Of a stretch of 64,000 nucleotides of DNA, positions 1 through 10,831 are shown in pieces (the stretch's first letter is position 1; each line of letters starts with the position of its first letter). This DNA is from Polyangiales bacterium (lineage in GTDB: Bacteria > Myxococcota_A > Polyangia > Polyangiales > JADJQN01). The notes under the pieces were generated by a model. It made no database searches, was not told the DNA's origin, and worked only from the letters and a program-made list of their open reading frames with translations. The stretch is taken from assembly GCA_964202905.1 (NCBI GenBank), contig CAXNJO010000012.1:64001-128000 (forward strand). Reading direction: 5' to 3'. The translations under genes and the position numbers were made by a program.

Positions 1-485
1 CCGCCGAAGAGGAACGCCACGCCGACGACGGGCGCGAGCGCGACCAGCACGAGCGTGAAGGACGCGTAGGCCGCGACGAACTTCCCCCACACGATGCGCC
101 CCGGGGACATCCCGCTCAGCAGCAGCGACTCGTAGGTGCGCGACTCGCGCTCGCCCGTGATCGTCGTCGCGGCGTAGCCCGGCGCGACCAGCGCGGTCAC
201 GAGCAGCGCCGTCGCGAAGAACGTCTGGAACACGATCTCGCCCACATCGCCCGGCGCGAGCGGCCCCGCGGCGGCGATCGCCCCGCCCGCGACTACGACG
301 ACGCCGACGAACGCCGTCGCGACGTAGAGGAAGCGGATGAAGAGGCTCGTGCGGAAGATCGCGCGCAGCTCCCGGACGAGGATCGGGTTCGGGTCGCGCA
401 GCGCCTCGGTGAGCCGCTGCCGCAGCGCTGCGATCCCCGAGGGCGCCGGCACGGTGGGCGGCGGGAGCGGCGGCGCGGCGCTCAT
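1..485 (-). CDS. ABC-2 type transporter permease (partial, runs off window start)
   Basis: Manual translation from ATG at 485 (overlaps ATPase stop): MSAAPPLPP...DPNPILVRELRAIFR...hydrophobic helices...ITGERESRTYESLLLSGMSPGRIVWGK, a typical ABC-2 permease motif. Confidence 0.85.
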   Translation of the reverse strand, partial: MSAAPPLPPPTVPAPSGIAALRQRLTEALRDPNPILVRELRAIFRTSLFIRFLYVATAFVGVVVVAGGAIAAAGPLAPGDVGEIVFQTFFATALLVTALVAPGYAATTITGERESRTYESLLLSGMSPGRIVWGKFVAAYASFTLVLVALAPVVGVAFLFG

Positions 486-1408
486 TGCAGGTCTCCGCGC
501 GTGACCTCGAGGAAGATGCGCTCGAGGTCGTCCTGATCCGGCTCGACGCGCGTGATCGCCAGCCCCGCGCCGACGCCGCGCGCGACCAGCGCCGCGACGA
601 CGTCGTCTCCGCCCGTGTACGCGACCGCGACGTCGACGCCGCGCCGCGCAACGGACACCACGCCGGGGACCGCGCGGAACGCCTCCTCGCAGCCCTCCGG
701 CGCGTGCAGCAGCCGGAGCCGCGCGCCGCGATCGGGGCGCAATCGTCGGCCGATCTCGCCCACCAGCCCGTTCGCGAGGACCCGCCCCCGCTCGAGGATG
801 ACGACCGCGCCGACCATGTCGCTGAGTTCGGTGAGGATGTGCGACGAGAGCACGATCGTCTTGCCGAGCCCGCGCAGCTCCTCGATGAGCCCGCGCATCT
901 CGATGCGCGCGCGCGGGTCGAGACCGTTCGCCGGCTCGTCGAGCACGAGCACCTGCGGGTCGTGCAGCAGCGTGCGCGCGATCGCGAGGCGCTGCTTCAT
1001 GCCCTTCGACAGATCCGAGACGAGCTTCTCGCGGATCTGCCCGAGCTCGGTCAGGTCCATCACCGCGCGCACCGTCCGATCGCGCGCGCCGAGCGCGACC
1101 CCGTGCGCGGCCGCGAAGAACTCGAGGTACTCCGTCACGGTCACGCGGTCGTACACGCCGAAAGAGTCGGGCATGAAGCCGATGATCCGCCGCGCGTCCG
1201 CAGGCCGCTCGACGACGTCGATCCCGTCGACGAGGATGCGCCCCTCGTCCGGCTCGAGGAGCGTGACCATCATGCGGAGGGTGGTCGTCTTGCCCGCCCC
1301 GTTCGGCCCGATGAAGCCGAAGATCTCGCCCCGCGGGACGTGGAACCACACGTCGCGCAGCACGTGGAAACCGCCGAAATGGTGGGACAGCCCCTCGACG
1401 CGGATCAT
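482..1408 (-). CDS. ABC transporter ATP-binding protein
   Basis: Walker A GPNGAGKTT, signature LSKGMKQR, Walker B VLVLDEP, H-loop SSH. Confidence 0.97.
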   Translation of the reverse strand: MIRVEGLSHHFGGFHVLRDVWFHVPRGEIFGFIGPNGAGKTTTLRMMVTLLEPDEGRILVDGIDVVERPADARRIIGFMPDSFGVYDRVTVTEYLEFFAAAHGVALGARDRTVRAVMDLTELGQIREKLVSDLSKGMKQRLAIARTLLHDPQVLVLDEPANGLDPRARIEMRGLIEELRGLGKTIVLSSHILTELSDMVGAVVILERGRVLANGLVGEIGRRLRPDRGARLRLLHAPEGCEEAFRAVPGVVSVARRGVDVAVAYTGGDDVVAALVARGVGAGLAITRVEPDQDDLERIFLEVTRGDLQ

Positions 1409-3486
1409 TCGGCCTCCTGCGTGGACGGCGGCGGCAGCGCGGCGAGCGGCACGTCCGGGCCGCGCGGCACGATCCGCACGAAGCGGTGCTCCTCGTCGCG
1501 CGCGAACCGGCCCGCGGCGGCGTCGTGGCCCGGTCCCTCGAGGCGCGCGAGGAGCGTCGGGACGGGGGGCGCGGCGGGGCTGCCGCCGAGGAAGAACAGG
1601 AGCCCGCGCAGCAGGTCGAGGTCGTCCTCGGCGGCGAGGCCGAGGCTGCGCGCCAGCGCCGCGACCGCCGGGTCGCTCCCGTCGGCCGGAGCGACCGATC
1701 CCGGCGCCGCGAGCGTCGCGCGCGCGACCGTCGGCACGGGCACGCGGCCCCCCGGCGGCACGTCACCCACCGCGTAGAACGCGCCGAACGGGTCGACGAC
1801 CACCGCGCCGCGCAGCGTGCCCGGGAGCCCGTTGCGGACGAAGGCGAGCCGTGTCCCCACGCGCTCGAACGAGACCGCGCCCCCGAGGTCCGCGACGGAG
1901 TCCTCGCGCGCGACGAGCGTCTGCCAGAGGCGTCCCCGCACCTCCCGCAGCCGCCCCCCAGCGCCGTCGTCGAACGCGACGGGCGGCACGTCCCCGCCCG
2001 CGCCCGGCACCATCGTGATCGCGCTCCCCGGCGCCGCCGCGAGCCCGAAGGCCGCGGGCCGCGTCAGGAAATACGCCGTGTAGCGCCGCGTCGTCGCGCG
2101 CCGCTCGTCTTCCATCGCCTCCGCGAACTCCACGCGGCGGTAGCGCATGCGCACGCCCTTGCCGACGAGCCCGACGGCGAGCATCAGCGCGAGCCCGATC
2201 GCCGCGAGCGCGGGCGTGGTCACCAGCGCGAGCGTCGGGCGGCCGCGGCGCGCGACGAACGCGAAGTTGAGCGGCCCCACCACCACGACGTAGAGCGCGA
2301 GCAGCAGCGCGGCGACCACCAGCCCGACGCGGTAGTTCTCGTTGGGGTCGAGCGCCGCACGGAGCGCGCGGAAGTGCACGCCGCGCTCGATCGAGGCGAA
2401 GAAGGAGGGCTCCGTCGCGCGCTCTTCCTGCCCGCCGTGGCGCAGCAGCGGGGCCGGGGCCGTGGATGCGCTGGCCTCGGCGACGATCGCCTGCACGAGC
2501 GCGCGCACTTCGGGGGACGTCGCGTTCGACGCCGTGTTGGCGTCGTACGCCGCGACGTACACGCGCCCGAAGCCGAGCGCCCGCGAGCAGCCGAACGCCT
2601 CCGCGCGCGCACCCGCACCGCAGCGCAGCCGTACACCCGCCTCGGCGGGCGGCACGAGGCGCGACGCGACGGGGAGCGCGGACGACGCATCCCGCGCGAC
2701 GTCTCCGATCAGACCGCGCAGCGCCGGGTCGCGGAGGTCCCCCTCGGTGCGCGGGATCACGAGCAAGCGACCGCCCGACCGCAGCCAGTCCTCGAACGCG
2801 GAGCGCTGCGTCGCGGACGCGCGCGCGAGGACCGGCGCCTCGGCGACGAGCGCCGCGACGGTGGCGTACGCGACGCTCCGCTCGGGCAGGAGCGGATCCC
2901 CGGTGCGCGGGTCGAGCGTCGCGACGCCGATGGGCACCGGCACGACGCGCGCGCTGCTGGGCATGCCCGGCAGCGGCAGCTCGATCTGCAGATCGAGCAG
3001 CCCGCTCCGCAGGCGTGGTGGATCCGCGAGCAGCACCACGGAGCGCCCGCCCGCCGCGTAGGCGAGCGAGAGCACGCGCGAGGCGTAGCGCCGCCCCTCG
3101 TGCTCGAACGTCCCGGTCAGGCGCGTCCCACCGCTGCCGGCGAACACCGTGAACACCGCGCGGCGACGCGCACCCGGCGGCAGATCGAGCGGCACCTCGT
3201 GGCGCATCCGCGCCCCCTCGCCGAACGCCGGCTCGACCGCCACGACCGCGCGCCCCCGCAGCGTGCGCGACGTGCGGTTGTGCGCCTCGAAGACGACTGC
3301 GTCATGACCATCTTGCAAGAAGGCATCATTGCCGAAGATCCCCTGCAGGGTGACGTCGACGGGCTGCGCCTGCGCCACGACGCGTGGCGGTGCCGCGACG
3401 GCCCCCCACATCGCGAGCGCGAGCCCGATGGCCCAGCCGCCGCGAACCATCCCCCACCGTCCCCGCGGCCGCTGCAGCGCGCTCAT
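1405..3486 (-). CDS. Exported/membrane hypothetical protein of the MoxR-ABC operon
   Basis: C-terminal part of ORF 1405..4428 from MSALQRPRG (ATG overlaps MoxR stop); signal peptide, soluble domain, two TM helices (LYVVVVGPLNF...TPALA), C-terminal domain. Confidence 0.75.
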   Translation of the reverse strand: MSALQRPRGRWGMVRGGWAIGLALAMWGAVAAPPRVVAQAQPVDVTLQGIFGNDAFLQDGHDAVVFEAHNRTSRTLRGRAVVAVEPAFGEGARMRHEVPLDLPPGARRRAVFTVFAGSGGTRLTGTFEHEGRRYASRVLSLAYAAGGRSVVLLADPPRLRSGLLDLQIELPLPGMPSSARVVPVPIGVATLDPRTGDPLLPERSVAYATVAALVAEAPVLARASATQRSAFEDWLRSGGRLLVIPRTEGDLRDPALRGLIGDVARDASSALPVASRLVPPAEAGVRLRCGAGARAEAFGCSRALGFGRVYVAAYDANTASNATSPEVRALVQAIVAEASASTAPAPLLRHGGQEERATEPSFFASIERGVHFRALRAALDPNENYRVGLVVAALLLALYVVVVGPLNFAFVARRGRPTLALVTTPALAAIGLALMLAVGLVGKGVRMRYRRVEFAEAMEDERRATTRRYTAYFLTRPAAFGLAAAPGSAITMVPGAGGDVPPVAFDDGAGGRLREVRGRLWQTLVAREDSVADLGGAVSFERVGTRLAFVRNGLPGTLRGAVVVDPFGAFYAVGDVPPGGRVPVPTVARATLAAPGSVAPADGSDPAVAALARSLGLAAEDDLDLLRGLLFFLGGSPAAPPVPTLLARLEGPGHDAAAGRFARDEEHRFVRIVPRGPDVPLAALPPPSTQEAE

Positions 3487-4499
3487 CCGGCGATCGCCGT
3501 CACCGAAGCGGGGACCTCGGGCACCTCGGCGAGCAGCCGGGCGACGATCGCGTCCGTCGTGATCCCCTCGGCCTCCGCCTCGAAGCCCGGGATCAGCCGG
3601 TGCCGCAGCGCTGGCAGCGCGACGCGGCGCACGTCGGCGAACGAGACGTGCTCGCGCCCGGCCATGAGCGCGGCCACCTTCGCCGCGAGCGTGAGCGCCT
3701 GCCCCGCGCGCACGCCCGCGCCGTAGCGCAGCAGCGCCTTCGCGCTCGGGGCCGCGCCGGGCTGCGACGGATCGCTCGCGCGCACGAGCCGCGCGATGTA
3801 GCGCAGGATCGGCTCGGCGATCGGCACGTCGCGCACGCGCGCGCGGATCGCGAGCAGGCGCGGACCATCGAGCACGCGCGGCGCTTCGCTGCGCCCGACA
3901 CCCGTCGTGCGCGAGAGGATCCCGACCAGCGCGTCCTCGTCGGGCTGCGGCACGAGCACCTTGAAGAGGAAGCGATCGAGCTGCGCCTCGGGGAGCGGGT
4001 ACGTGCCCTCCATCTCGATGGGGTTCTCCGTCGCGAGCACGAAGAACGGCTCCTCGAGCGTGTGCCGCGTGCCGGCGATCGTGACCGTCTGCTCCGCCAT
4101 CGCCTCGAGCAGCGCGCTCTGCGTCTTCGGCGTCGCGCGGTTGATCTCGTCGGCGAGCACGAGCTGCCCGAAGATCGGCCCGCGCGAGAGCTCGAAGCGC
4201 TTGCGGCCGCGCTCGTCCTCGACGACGACGTTCGTGCCGACGATGTCGCCGGGCATCAGGTCGGGCGTGAACTGGATGCGCGAGAAGCGCAGCGCCATCG
4301 CCTCCGCGAGCGTGCGCACGAGCAGCGTCTTGCCGAGGCCCGGCGCGCCCTCGAGCAGCACGTGTCCGCCTGCGAAGAGGCAGATGAGCACCTCCTCGAT
4401 GACCGACTCCTGCCCGACGATCACGCACGCGAGCGCGTCCCGCAGCCGCGCGATGTCCCCGTGCACGCCCTCGACGTCCGTCGCTTCCGCAGTCGTCAT
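3483..4499 (-). CDS. moxR: MoxR-family AAA+ ATPase
   Basis: GGHVLLEGAPGLGKT, RIQFTPDLMPGD, LADEINRATPKTQSALLEAM, ATENPIEMEGTYPLPEAQLDRF. Confidence 0.95.
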   Translation of the reverse strand: MTTAEATDVEGVHGDIARLRDALACVIVGQESVIEEVLICLFAGGHVLLEGAPGLGKTLLVRTLAEAMALRFSRIQFTPDLMPGDIVGTNVVVEDERGRKRFELSRGPIFGQLVLADEINRATPKTQSALLEAMAEQTVTIAGTRHTLEEPFFVLATENPIEMEGTYPLPEAQLDRFLFKVLVPQPDEDALVGILSRTTGVGRSEAPRVLDGPRLLAIRARVRDVPIAEPILRYIARLVRASDPSQPGAAPSAKALLRYGAGVRAGQALTLAAKVAALMAGREHVSFADVRRVALPALRHRLIPGFEAEAEGITTDAIVARLLAEVPEVPASVTAIAG

Positions 4500-4530
4500 C
4501 GTCCCTCCCGTGCCACGCATCGCACCACGT

Positions 4531-6293
4531 TCAAGGCTCGCCGAAGAAGCGTCGGATCTGTGCGCGGTATTCCTCGGGCACCGCGGCCCGCTCGACCGCG
4601 CCCACCTCCCCAGCGACCGCGCCTCCGGTGGCCGTGCCCTCCGCGAGCCCGGCGGGAAGGGCCTGCCCCTCGGGGTTCTCCCAGCTGTCCATGCGCGAGC
4701 TCGGCGTCCCCGTCGGATCGACGAGCGGCCGAACGCGCGCGAGCGCGCCGTCCGTGGCCGCGACCGCCGCCGTCTCGCCGCCGCGCGCCCCCGCCCCCCC
4801 CCCAGAACCCGCGCCCTGACCTGCGCCTGCGCCCTGCCCGGCACCGCCCCCCTGACCCGCGCCTGCGCCCTGCCCGGCACCCGCGCCCTGACCTGCGCCT
4901 GCGCCCTGCCCGGCACCCCGACCCGCGCCTTGCCCGGCGCCAGCAGCCTGGCCCGCCCCCGCGCCGGCGCGCGCGATTGGGACCCCGCGCTGCCCCCCCG
5001 CGGCCGCGCGCGCGACGCGATCGCCGACCGCGTCGAGATCGGCGAGGGCCGCGCGCAGCCTCCGCTCGAGCTCGTCGGCGGTGAGCGGCGCGTCCGCGGC
5101 GGCCTGCGCGTCGCGCGCGGCGGCGTTCTCGGCACGCTGCATGTCGCGCACCGCATTGAGCGAAACGGCGGCGCTCCTCGGCCGAGAGGCGCGACCACGC
5201 CTCGCGCATCGCGTCGACCGTCTCGCGCGTGAGCCCCTCGCCGTCGCCGTCCCGCTCGAGCCGCTCGAGCGCGCGCCGCATCCCTCGGCGCGCAATTCGG
5301 GCATCGACTCCAGCAGCTCGCGCGCGAGCGCGGCCTGCTCCGCGCGGCGCGCGAGCATCGCCTCGCGACGCAGCAGCGACCGCTCGAGCGCCGCGTCGCC
5401 CTCGGCCGCAGCCGCCCCCGCCGCCGCGCGCAGCGCCGCCCGCGCGCGCTCGCGGTCGGCGGTCTGACGACGCGCCGCAGCCCGCGCCACGGCGCGATCG
5501 AGCGCCTCGACCTGCGCTCCGCGACCGCGCGCTGCAGCGCCGTCTCGCCCGCGAGCGCATCGACCGCCGCGTCCGCGCGCGACGTGCGCCGGGCGTCTCG
5601 CGCGACCGCGCCGCCTCGAGCTGCTCCCGCAGCGTTGCACGCGATCCGAGCGCATCCCGAGCCTCGCTCGGCGAGGCCCTGCGCGAGCGCACGCGCCGCA
5701 CGCGCCGCGGCCTCGAGCGCGCGCCGCTCTTCGGGCGTTCGCGCCGCCTCCGGGAGCCGCTCGATCCGGCGCAGCGCCTCACCGCCCGCGAGGCGGACAC
5801 GCGCGGCGTCGGGCTCCGTGGGCGCGGGCTGCGGCCCCGGCACCGCGACGCCAGCGACCGCAGAGCGCCGCGGCGAACGGCACCGCCCACCTCGCGCGCC
5901 CGACGATGCGCGGTCGCACGTCGCCCGGCCGCGCCGCGCGCAGCGCCGCCTCCGCCGCGCGCACCGTGCCGCCGGCGCGGCGTCCCCGCACCGCGCGCGC
6001 TCCCACGCGGTGACGAGCGCAGCCGACGCCCCGAGCCGCCCGTCGAGGTACAGCACCACGTCGGCGTCGCGCGGCTGCCCCCGCCGCGCGAGCGCGAGGC
6101 CGAGCAGCGGGCCGAGCGCGAGCACGCCGAGCCACGGCGCACGCACGAGCCCCGGCACGGTCGCGGCCGCGAGGAGCACCCCCGCGCCGCCCGCGATCGC
6201 GACCCACCCCGACGCCCGCACGACGGCGCGCGCGAGGAGGGCCCGGCGGACGACCGCCACCCACACGTCGAGCCCGTCCACGCCGCGCGACAC
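4531..6293 (-). CDS. Membrane-anchored coiled-coil protein with Gly/Ala/Gln-rich tail (several apparent frameshifts)
   Basis: N-terminal TM helices (frame of ORF 3483..6293), helical middle spread over several frames, C-terminus GAGQ repeats then VPEEYRAQIRRFF (ORF 4531..5655). Confidence 0.6.
4809..4940. repeat. Coding tandem repeat, about 36-bp unit (18-bp subunit), encoding (GAGQGAGAGQGA)n
   Basis: ccgcgccctgacctgcgcctgcgccctgcccggcac repeated about 3.5 times. Confidence 0.9.
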
Positions 6294-6392
6294 GCTAGCC
6301 CACGCTCACGCGGGCAGAGCCCTTCGACGTCACGGCGCGTACCGACCGACACACGATCGGTGATTCGCGAATCGCATGACGCGAATCTGGGG

Positions 6393-7070
6393 TCACCCGT
6401 CTCCGCGGCCCGCCGCGGTCGCGGGCGGAGGCGCGCCGACCGTCCCCGGCCCCTCCGCACCCGACGCCGCGCCGTCGGACGCACCGAGCGACCGGAGATG
6501 CCGCACGAGCGCCGCGACCCCGCGCGGGTTCACCTGCTGGCCGAACGGCGGCATCGTCCCGCGCCCCTCGACGATCACCTGCGCGAGCGCCTCGTCCGTG
6601 CGCGACGCCTGCCAGGCCGCGGCCGCGAAGCGCGGCATGGCGACACCCGGCGGCCGCGCGGGCCCATCGCCGTCGCCGCCCGCGCCGTGGCACGACGCGC
6701 AGATCACCCCGTAGAGCTCGGCCGCCGCGCGCGCCTCCTGCGCCTCTGGGCTGGATGGCGGCCCGCTGGAGGGCGCCGCTCCCGGATCGCGCACCGCGCC
6801 CGCCGGAGCGGGCTCACCCGCGCCCGGCGCCGCGCTCGGTGCAGCCTGACCGGTGGGTTCGCCGACGCCCGGCTCCGCGTGGTCGCTCGCGCGCCACTCG
6901 CGCACGGCGCGCTCTTCGCGTCCGCACCCCCCCGCCCCGAGCCACAGCGCCGCGGCGAGCGCCCCCGGCCGCGCCACGCTCCACAGCAACCCTGCGCCGG
7001 GCCGCAGCGAGCCGGCGCCGCGCCTCGGCGACGACGGACGCGGTGCATCGAGGCAGTCCGACGGGCGCAT
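6393..7070 (-). CDS. Mono-heme cytochrome c, probable lipoprotein
   Basis: CASCH heme-binding motif, distal Met in GRGTMPPF, lipobox-like LGAGGC; start codon uncertain. Confidence 0.85.
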   Translation of the reverse strand: MRPSDCLDAPRPSSPRRGAGSLRPGAGLLWSVARPGALAAALWLGAGGCGREERAVREWRASDHAEPGVGEPTGQAAPSAAPGAGEPAPAGAVRDPGAAPSSGPPSSPEAQEARAAAELYGVICASCHGAGGDGDGPARPPGVAMPRFAAAAWQASRTDEALAQVIVEGRGTMPPFGQQVNPRGVAALVRHLRSLGASDGAASGAEGPGTVGAPPPATAAGRGDG

Positions 7071-7077
7071 GCGGCCC

Positions 7078-7944
7078 TCAGCTCGCGAGCTCGGCCGTGC
7101 GCTCGGCGAGGTCACGCGTGATCTTGTCGACCGTCTCGTCTTCGAGCCCGAGCAGCGAGCGTCCGATCATCACGAGCACGTCGACCGCGACCGTGTCGAA
7201 GGTCCCTGTGTAGAGGCCGCGCTGCTTGCAGACCGCGTTGGCGAAACGCGTCACGTTGCCGATGCTGAGACGCGCAGTCGGGTCGTAGTCGTCGCAGCGC
7301 TCGATGGCGTCGAGCACCTCCTCGGGGAGGCCCCACTTGCGCGTGAGCGCGCGGCCGACCGGCCGGTGCAGATCCTGCACGATGGTCATCCACTGGTCGG
7401 AGTTCATCCACTCGAGCTTGGTCTTGCCCGTCATGGTCTTCTCGGCCTCGAGAAGCATGATCGCGACCACCGGCTTGCCGACGTCGTGCAGCAGGCCGAC
7501 CTGGTACGCCGCCTCGGGGTCGAGCGAACCGAGCGAGAGCGAGAGATCGCGCGAGAGCAGGGCGACGGCGATGGAGTGCTTCCACAGGCCGCGGAAGGCG
7601 TCGCCGATCCGCCGGTCGCGCGACTGGAAGATCTGCCGCACCGAGACCTGCATCAGGATCGTGCGCAGCTTGTCGAGGCCGACGCGGTTGACCGCCTGGA
7701 GCATCCCCGCCGCCGGCGATCGCGCGCCGAGGGCCACGCTGTTCGCGACCTTCAGCACGCTCGCCGTCGTCACCGGATCACGCTCGACGAGCGCGACGAT
7801 CTCCCCGATCCGCACGTCGGGCATGCGCGTCAGTTCGATGCAGCGCGCAGCGATCGACGGCATCGCGGGCAGCCCGAGGCGATCCCCCTCGATGCGCGCG
7901 AGCATGATCTGCTCGAGCTTGGCCTTGAAATCGTCGATATTCAT
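7078..7944 (-). CDS. HDOD domain protein
   Basis: LPAMP, DPVTTASVLKVANS, AVNRVG, LWKHS, GLLHDVGK, WGLP motifs. Confidence 0.92.
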   Translation of the reverse strand: MNIDDFKAKLEQIMLARIEGDRLGLPAMPSIAARCIELTRMPDVRIGEIVALVERDPVTTASVLKVANSVALGARSPAAGMLQAVNRVGLDKLRTILMQVSVRQIFQSRDRRIGDAFRGLWKHSIAVALLSRDLSLSLGSLDPEAAYQVGLLHDVGKPVVAIMLLEAEKTMTGKTKLEWMNSDQWMTIVQDLHRPVGRALTRKWGLPEEVLDAIERCDDYDPTARLSIGNVTRFANAVCKQRGLYTGTFDTVAVDVLVMIGRSLLGLEDETVDKITRDLAERTAELAS

Positions 7945-7956
7945 CGCGGTTCCGGG

Positions 7957-9057
7957 TCAGGCGCCGCGCGCGTCGGCGAGCGTCTGGAAGAAGCGCACGT
8001 CCGCGGTGTCGGTGAACCCCTTCATGAGTTTCTGCATCTCCGGCGAGCCGATGAGGCGCGTCTCCATGCCGAGCTCGCCCGCGGACTTCCGCATCTCGAC
8101 GATCAGGCGCACCGCTCGGTCCGCCTCGCGGGGCATCTCCGTGACGTCCACGAAGACCGCGTCGTAGCAGCCCTGGGCCGCAGTGCTGAGCGCCTCCTTC
8201 ACGGAGGTGCGGATGCGCGTGAAGTAGCGGTCGATGCCCGAGTCCGCCCCGCACGGCGCGAGCGTGAGGACGTCCCCTTCGACCCGGACGAGCTGCTGCT
8301 TGCGGCCGATCTTCTCGAGCAGCTCGGCCACGGGCTCGGGCTTGAAGGGCTTGGGCAGGTAGCTCTGACAACCCGAGCGCGTCACCTCCTGGCCGACGGT
8401 GTCGGTGCGGAGCGCGATCAGCGCGAAGTGCGCCGCGTCCTGAAGGACCTTCAGCTGCCGCACGACCACGCTCGGCTCGGTGTCGGGGAGCGTGTTGTCA
8501 ACGAGGATCGCTGCGTACTTCTTGCGGCGGCAGAGCTCGAGCGCCTGCGGCACGGTCATGCACCAGTCGAGGACGACGTCGCCCTCCGGGAGCAACGACT
8601 TCAGCTTCGCCGACACGTTCTCCATGTCGTCGATGCAGAGGATGTGCGTCGCGTCCTCGTTGCCCTCGGGCCCCGCCGCGTCGACGACGGCAGGCGGATC
8701 GATCTTGAGGATCTTGCACACCTTGGCGCGCAGCTCCTCGGGCTTCATCGGCTTGAGCATGTAGTCCTGCAGGCCGAGCTTCATCGCCTCGCCGATGATC
8801 GCCGACCCGGACTCCGCCGTGAGCATGATGACCGGCGTCCGATTGCCGCCCTCGCGCATGCGCCGGAGCATCGTGGGACCGTCCATCACGGGCATCGTGA
8901 CGTCGAGCAGCACGAGATCGAAGGGGTTCTCACGCAGCTTCTGCAGCCCCTCCTCGCCATGCTCCGCCTCCTCGAGCTCGAGCTCGAGGGGCGCGAGCTG
9001 CTTGCGCACCATCATGCGGAGGGCCTTGCTGTCGTCGACTGTCAGTACACGCGGCAT
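7957..9057 (-). CDS. Response regulator with two receiver domains and a C-terminal STAS-like domain
   Basis: REC1 VDD/LLDVTMP/LKP; REC2 IDD/LVDNTLP/PKPF; C-terminal alpha/beta region (VRVEGDVL..AVFVDVTEM..RLIG). Confidence 0.85.
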   Translation of the reverse strand: MPRVLTVDDSKALRMMVRKQLAPLELELEEAEHGEEGLQKLRENPFDLVLLDVTMPVMDGPTMLRRMREGGNRTPVIMLTAESGSAIIGEAMKLGLQDYMLKPMKPEELRAKVCKILKIDPPAVVDAAGPEGNEDATHILCIDDMENVSAKLKSLLPEGDVVLDWCMTVPQALELCRRKKYAAILVDNTLPDTEPSVVVRQLKVLQDAAHFALIALRTDTVGQEVTRSGCQSYLPKPFKPEPVAELLEKIGRKQQLVRVEGDVLTLAPCGADSGIDRYFTRIRTSVKEALSTAAQGCYDAVFVDVTEMPREADRAVRLIVEMRKSAGELGMETRLIGSPEMQKLMKGFTDTADVRFFQTLADARGA

Positions 9058-9079
9058 CGTCAGCTCCTCTTCCCGCTCG

Positions 9080-9533
9080 TCACCCGGTCACCGCCACCCA
9101 AAACCGTACCTCGGCGCTCCCGCTCCGCATGGTCGCGCTGCGCCACCCGTGGTCGATCACGCCCTCGCCGCTCGCGCGGAGCATGCGGGGCAGACCGAGC
9201 GCCTGATCCACGCCGAGCAGGCGTTTGACCTGCCCGGCCACGATGTTGACCAGCTCGCTCAGTGCGTCCTCGATCATGGACGCATCCAGTTCTTCCACGG
9301 GGCAGGAAAACATCGCGCAGCAGAGCGCCGTCGGCGCCAGCGTGATCCGACGACAGGGCGATCGTCAACGGTCGCGGACCGTCGATCGGCAACACCGCGG
9401 TGTGCCAGACCTGCGAGTGCGACCACGGCGTCGTCGCGAGCGGCTCCGAGAGGCTGAAGGTCATCCCGAACATCGTGCTCGTGACACCCGACACCAGCTT
9501 CGCGAGCGTCTCGGGGCTCGGCAGATCTCTCAT
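9080..9533 (-). CDS. cheX: CheX-like phosphatase (frameshift near 9335)
   Basis: N-half in ORF 9060..9533, C-half in ORF 9080..9313 with DALSELVNIVAGQVK (ExxN motif) and LGLP. Confidence 0.75.
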
Positions 9534-9551
9534 CGTCTTCCCCGCTCTCCT

Positions 9552-10347
9552 TCAGGACTCTCTCACGAACCAGCCTGGCGCGACCGGGCGACCTTTGATC
9601 ACCTCGGTCGTGCCGACCCCGACGAAGGCGCCGGGGGCAGCGGCCTCGAACAGCCGCCGCGTGACCTCGGCCCGGTCGCGGTCGCCGAAGTAGATGAGGA
9701 CGTTGCGACATAGCACGACGTCCTGCCGGGCAGGATACGGCGACGGCGCGAGGAGGTTTTGCACCTCCCAGCGCACGGACCGGCGCAGCCGCTCCTTGAT
9801 GCGGTAGCCCGCCCCCGTGTGGGTCGAAATGCCGCGCGAGCCGCTCGGCGCTGAGCCCGCGGCTCACCTCGAGCGCGCTGAACACGCCGTCCCGCGCGCG
9901 CTCGAGGGAGATCTCCGCGACGTCCGAGGCGACGAGATCAAGCGCCTCGAGGGCGCCCGGCCCGCGCTCCGCGAAGGTCATCGCGACCGAATAGGGCTCC
10001 TGCCCGGTCGAGCAGGCGGCGGACCACACGCGCAGCGGGACCGTGCGCTCGCGCGTCAGGAGCCGCGGGACCACGACCTCCGCGAAGGAGCGCCAGAAGG
10101 CCGCGTCGCGAAAGAAGAAGGTCTCGTGGGTCGTCATCGCGTCGACGAGCGCGCGCGCGAAGGGCTCGCCGGGCCGCTCGGCGCACGCCGCGTCGACGAA
10201 CGCACGCACGCTCACGAAGCCGTGCTGTTTCGCCACCGGTCCGAGGCGGGCATCGAGCAGGTAGCGCTGCTCGTCGCTCATCACGACGCCGCACGCCCGC
10301 ACCATGAAGCGCTGCACGAGCGCCCAGCCATCGGCGGATTCAGGCAT
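9552..10347 (-). CDS. cheR: CheR protein-glutamate methyltransferase (frameshift near 9810)
   Basis: TTHETFFFRD, VWSAACSTGQEPYS, then after the shift QNLL..DVVLCRNVLIYF. Confidence 0.92.
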
Positions 10348-10831
10348 GCAAGGCACCGCGCGGCTCGCCGTCGCCCGCCTCGTCGTCGCCGCTCAGCGTG
10401 TCGACGCGCAGCCCGAGCACGATCCGCCCCGCCGCCATCGGGCAGATCCCGAACACGAAGACGCGGTGCTGCGCGTTCAGCGTGTCGGGGGTCGAGCGCC
10501 AGGTCGCCGCGGGCAGCGTGAGGACGTCGCCGATCGCGTCGACGAGCAACCCGACCAGCTCGCCCCCGGAGCGGATCACGACGACGCCGCCCGGCGTGTT
10601 GCCCGGGTCGGGCCGGACCCGCATGCGCGCGCGGAGATCGACCGCCGGCACGATGTGGCCCCGCAGGTTGATGAGCCCGACGACGTGCGCCGGCGCGAGC
10701 GGCACCGGCGTCAACGGCTGCGGCATCATGACCTCCTGCACGTGCTCGACGGGCACGGCGAAGAGCTCCCCAGCGAGGTGGAACGTCGCCCAGATCCCGC
10801 TCGGCGACCAGGTCTCCGCGTCGACGCTCAC
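10340..10831 (-). CDS. cheW: CheW coupling protein
   Basis: C-terminus of ORF 10340..13897 from GTG at 10831: TFHLAGELFAVPVEHVQEV..TPVP..VVGLINLRGHIVPAVDLR..GLLVDAIGDV. Confidence 0.93.
   Translation of the reverse strand: MSVDAETWSPSGIWATFHLAGELFAVPVEHVQEVMMPQPLTPVPLAPAHVVGLINLRGHIVPAVDLRARMRVRPDPGNTPGGVVVIRSGGELVGLLVDAIGDVLTLPAATWRSTPDTLNAQHRVFVFGICPMAAGRIVLGLRVDTLSGDDEAGDGEPRGALHA

Noticed and set aside
9080..10347. cheR and cheX as pseudogenes
   Set aside because: One indel each with intact motifs; the same pattern occurs window-wide, so error is more parsimonious
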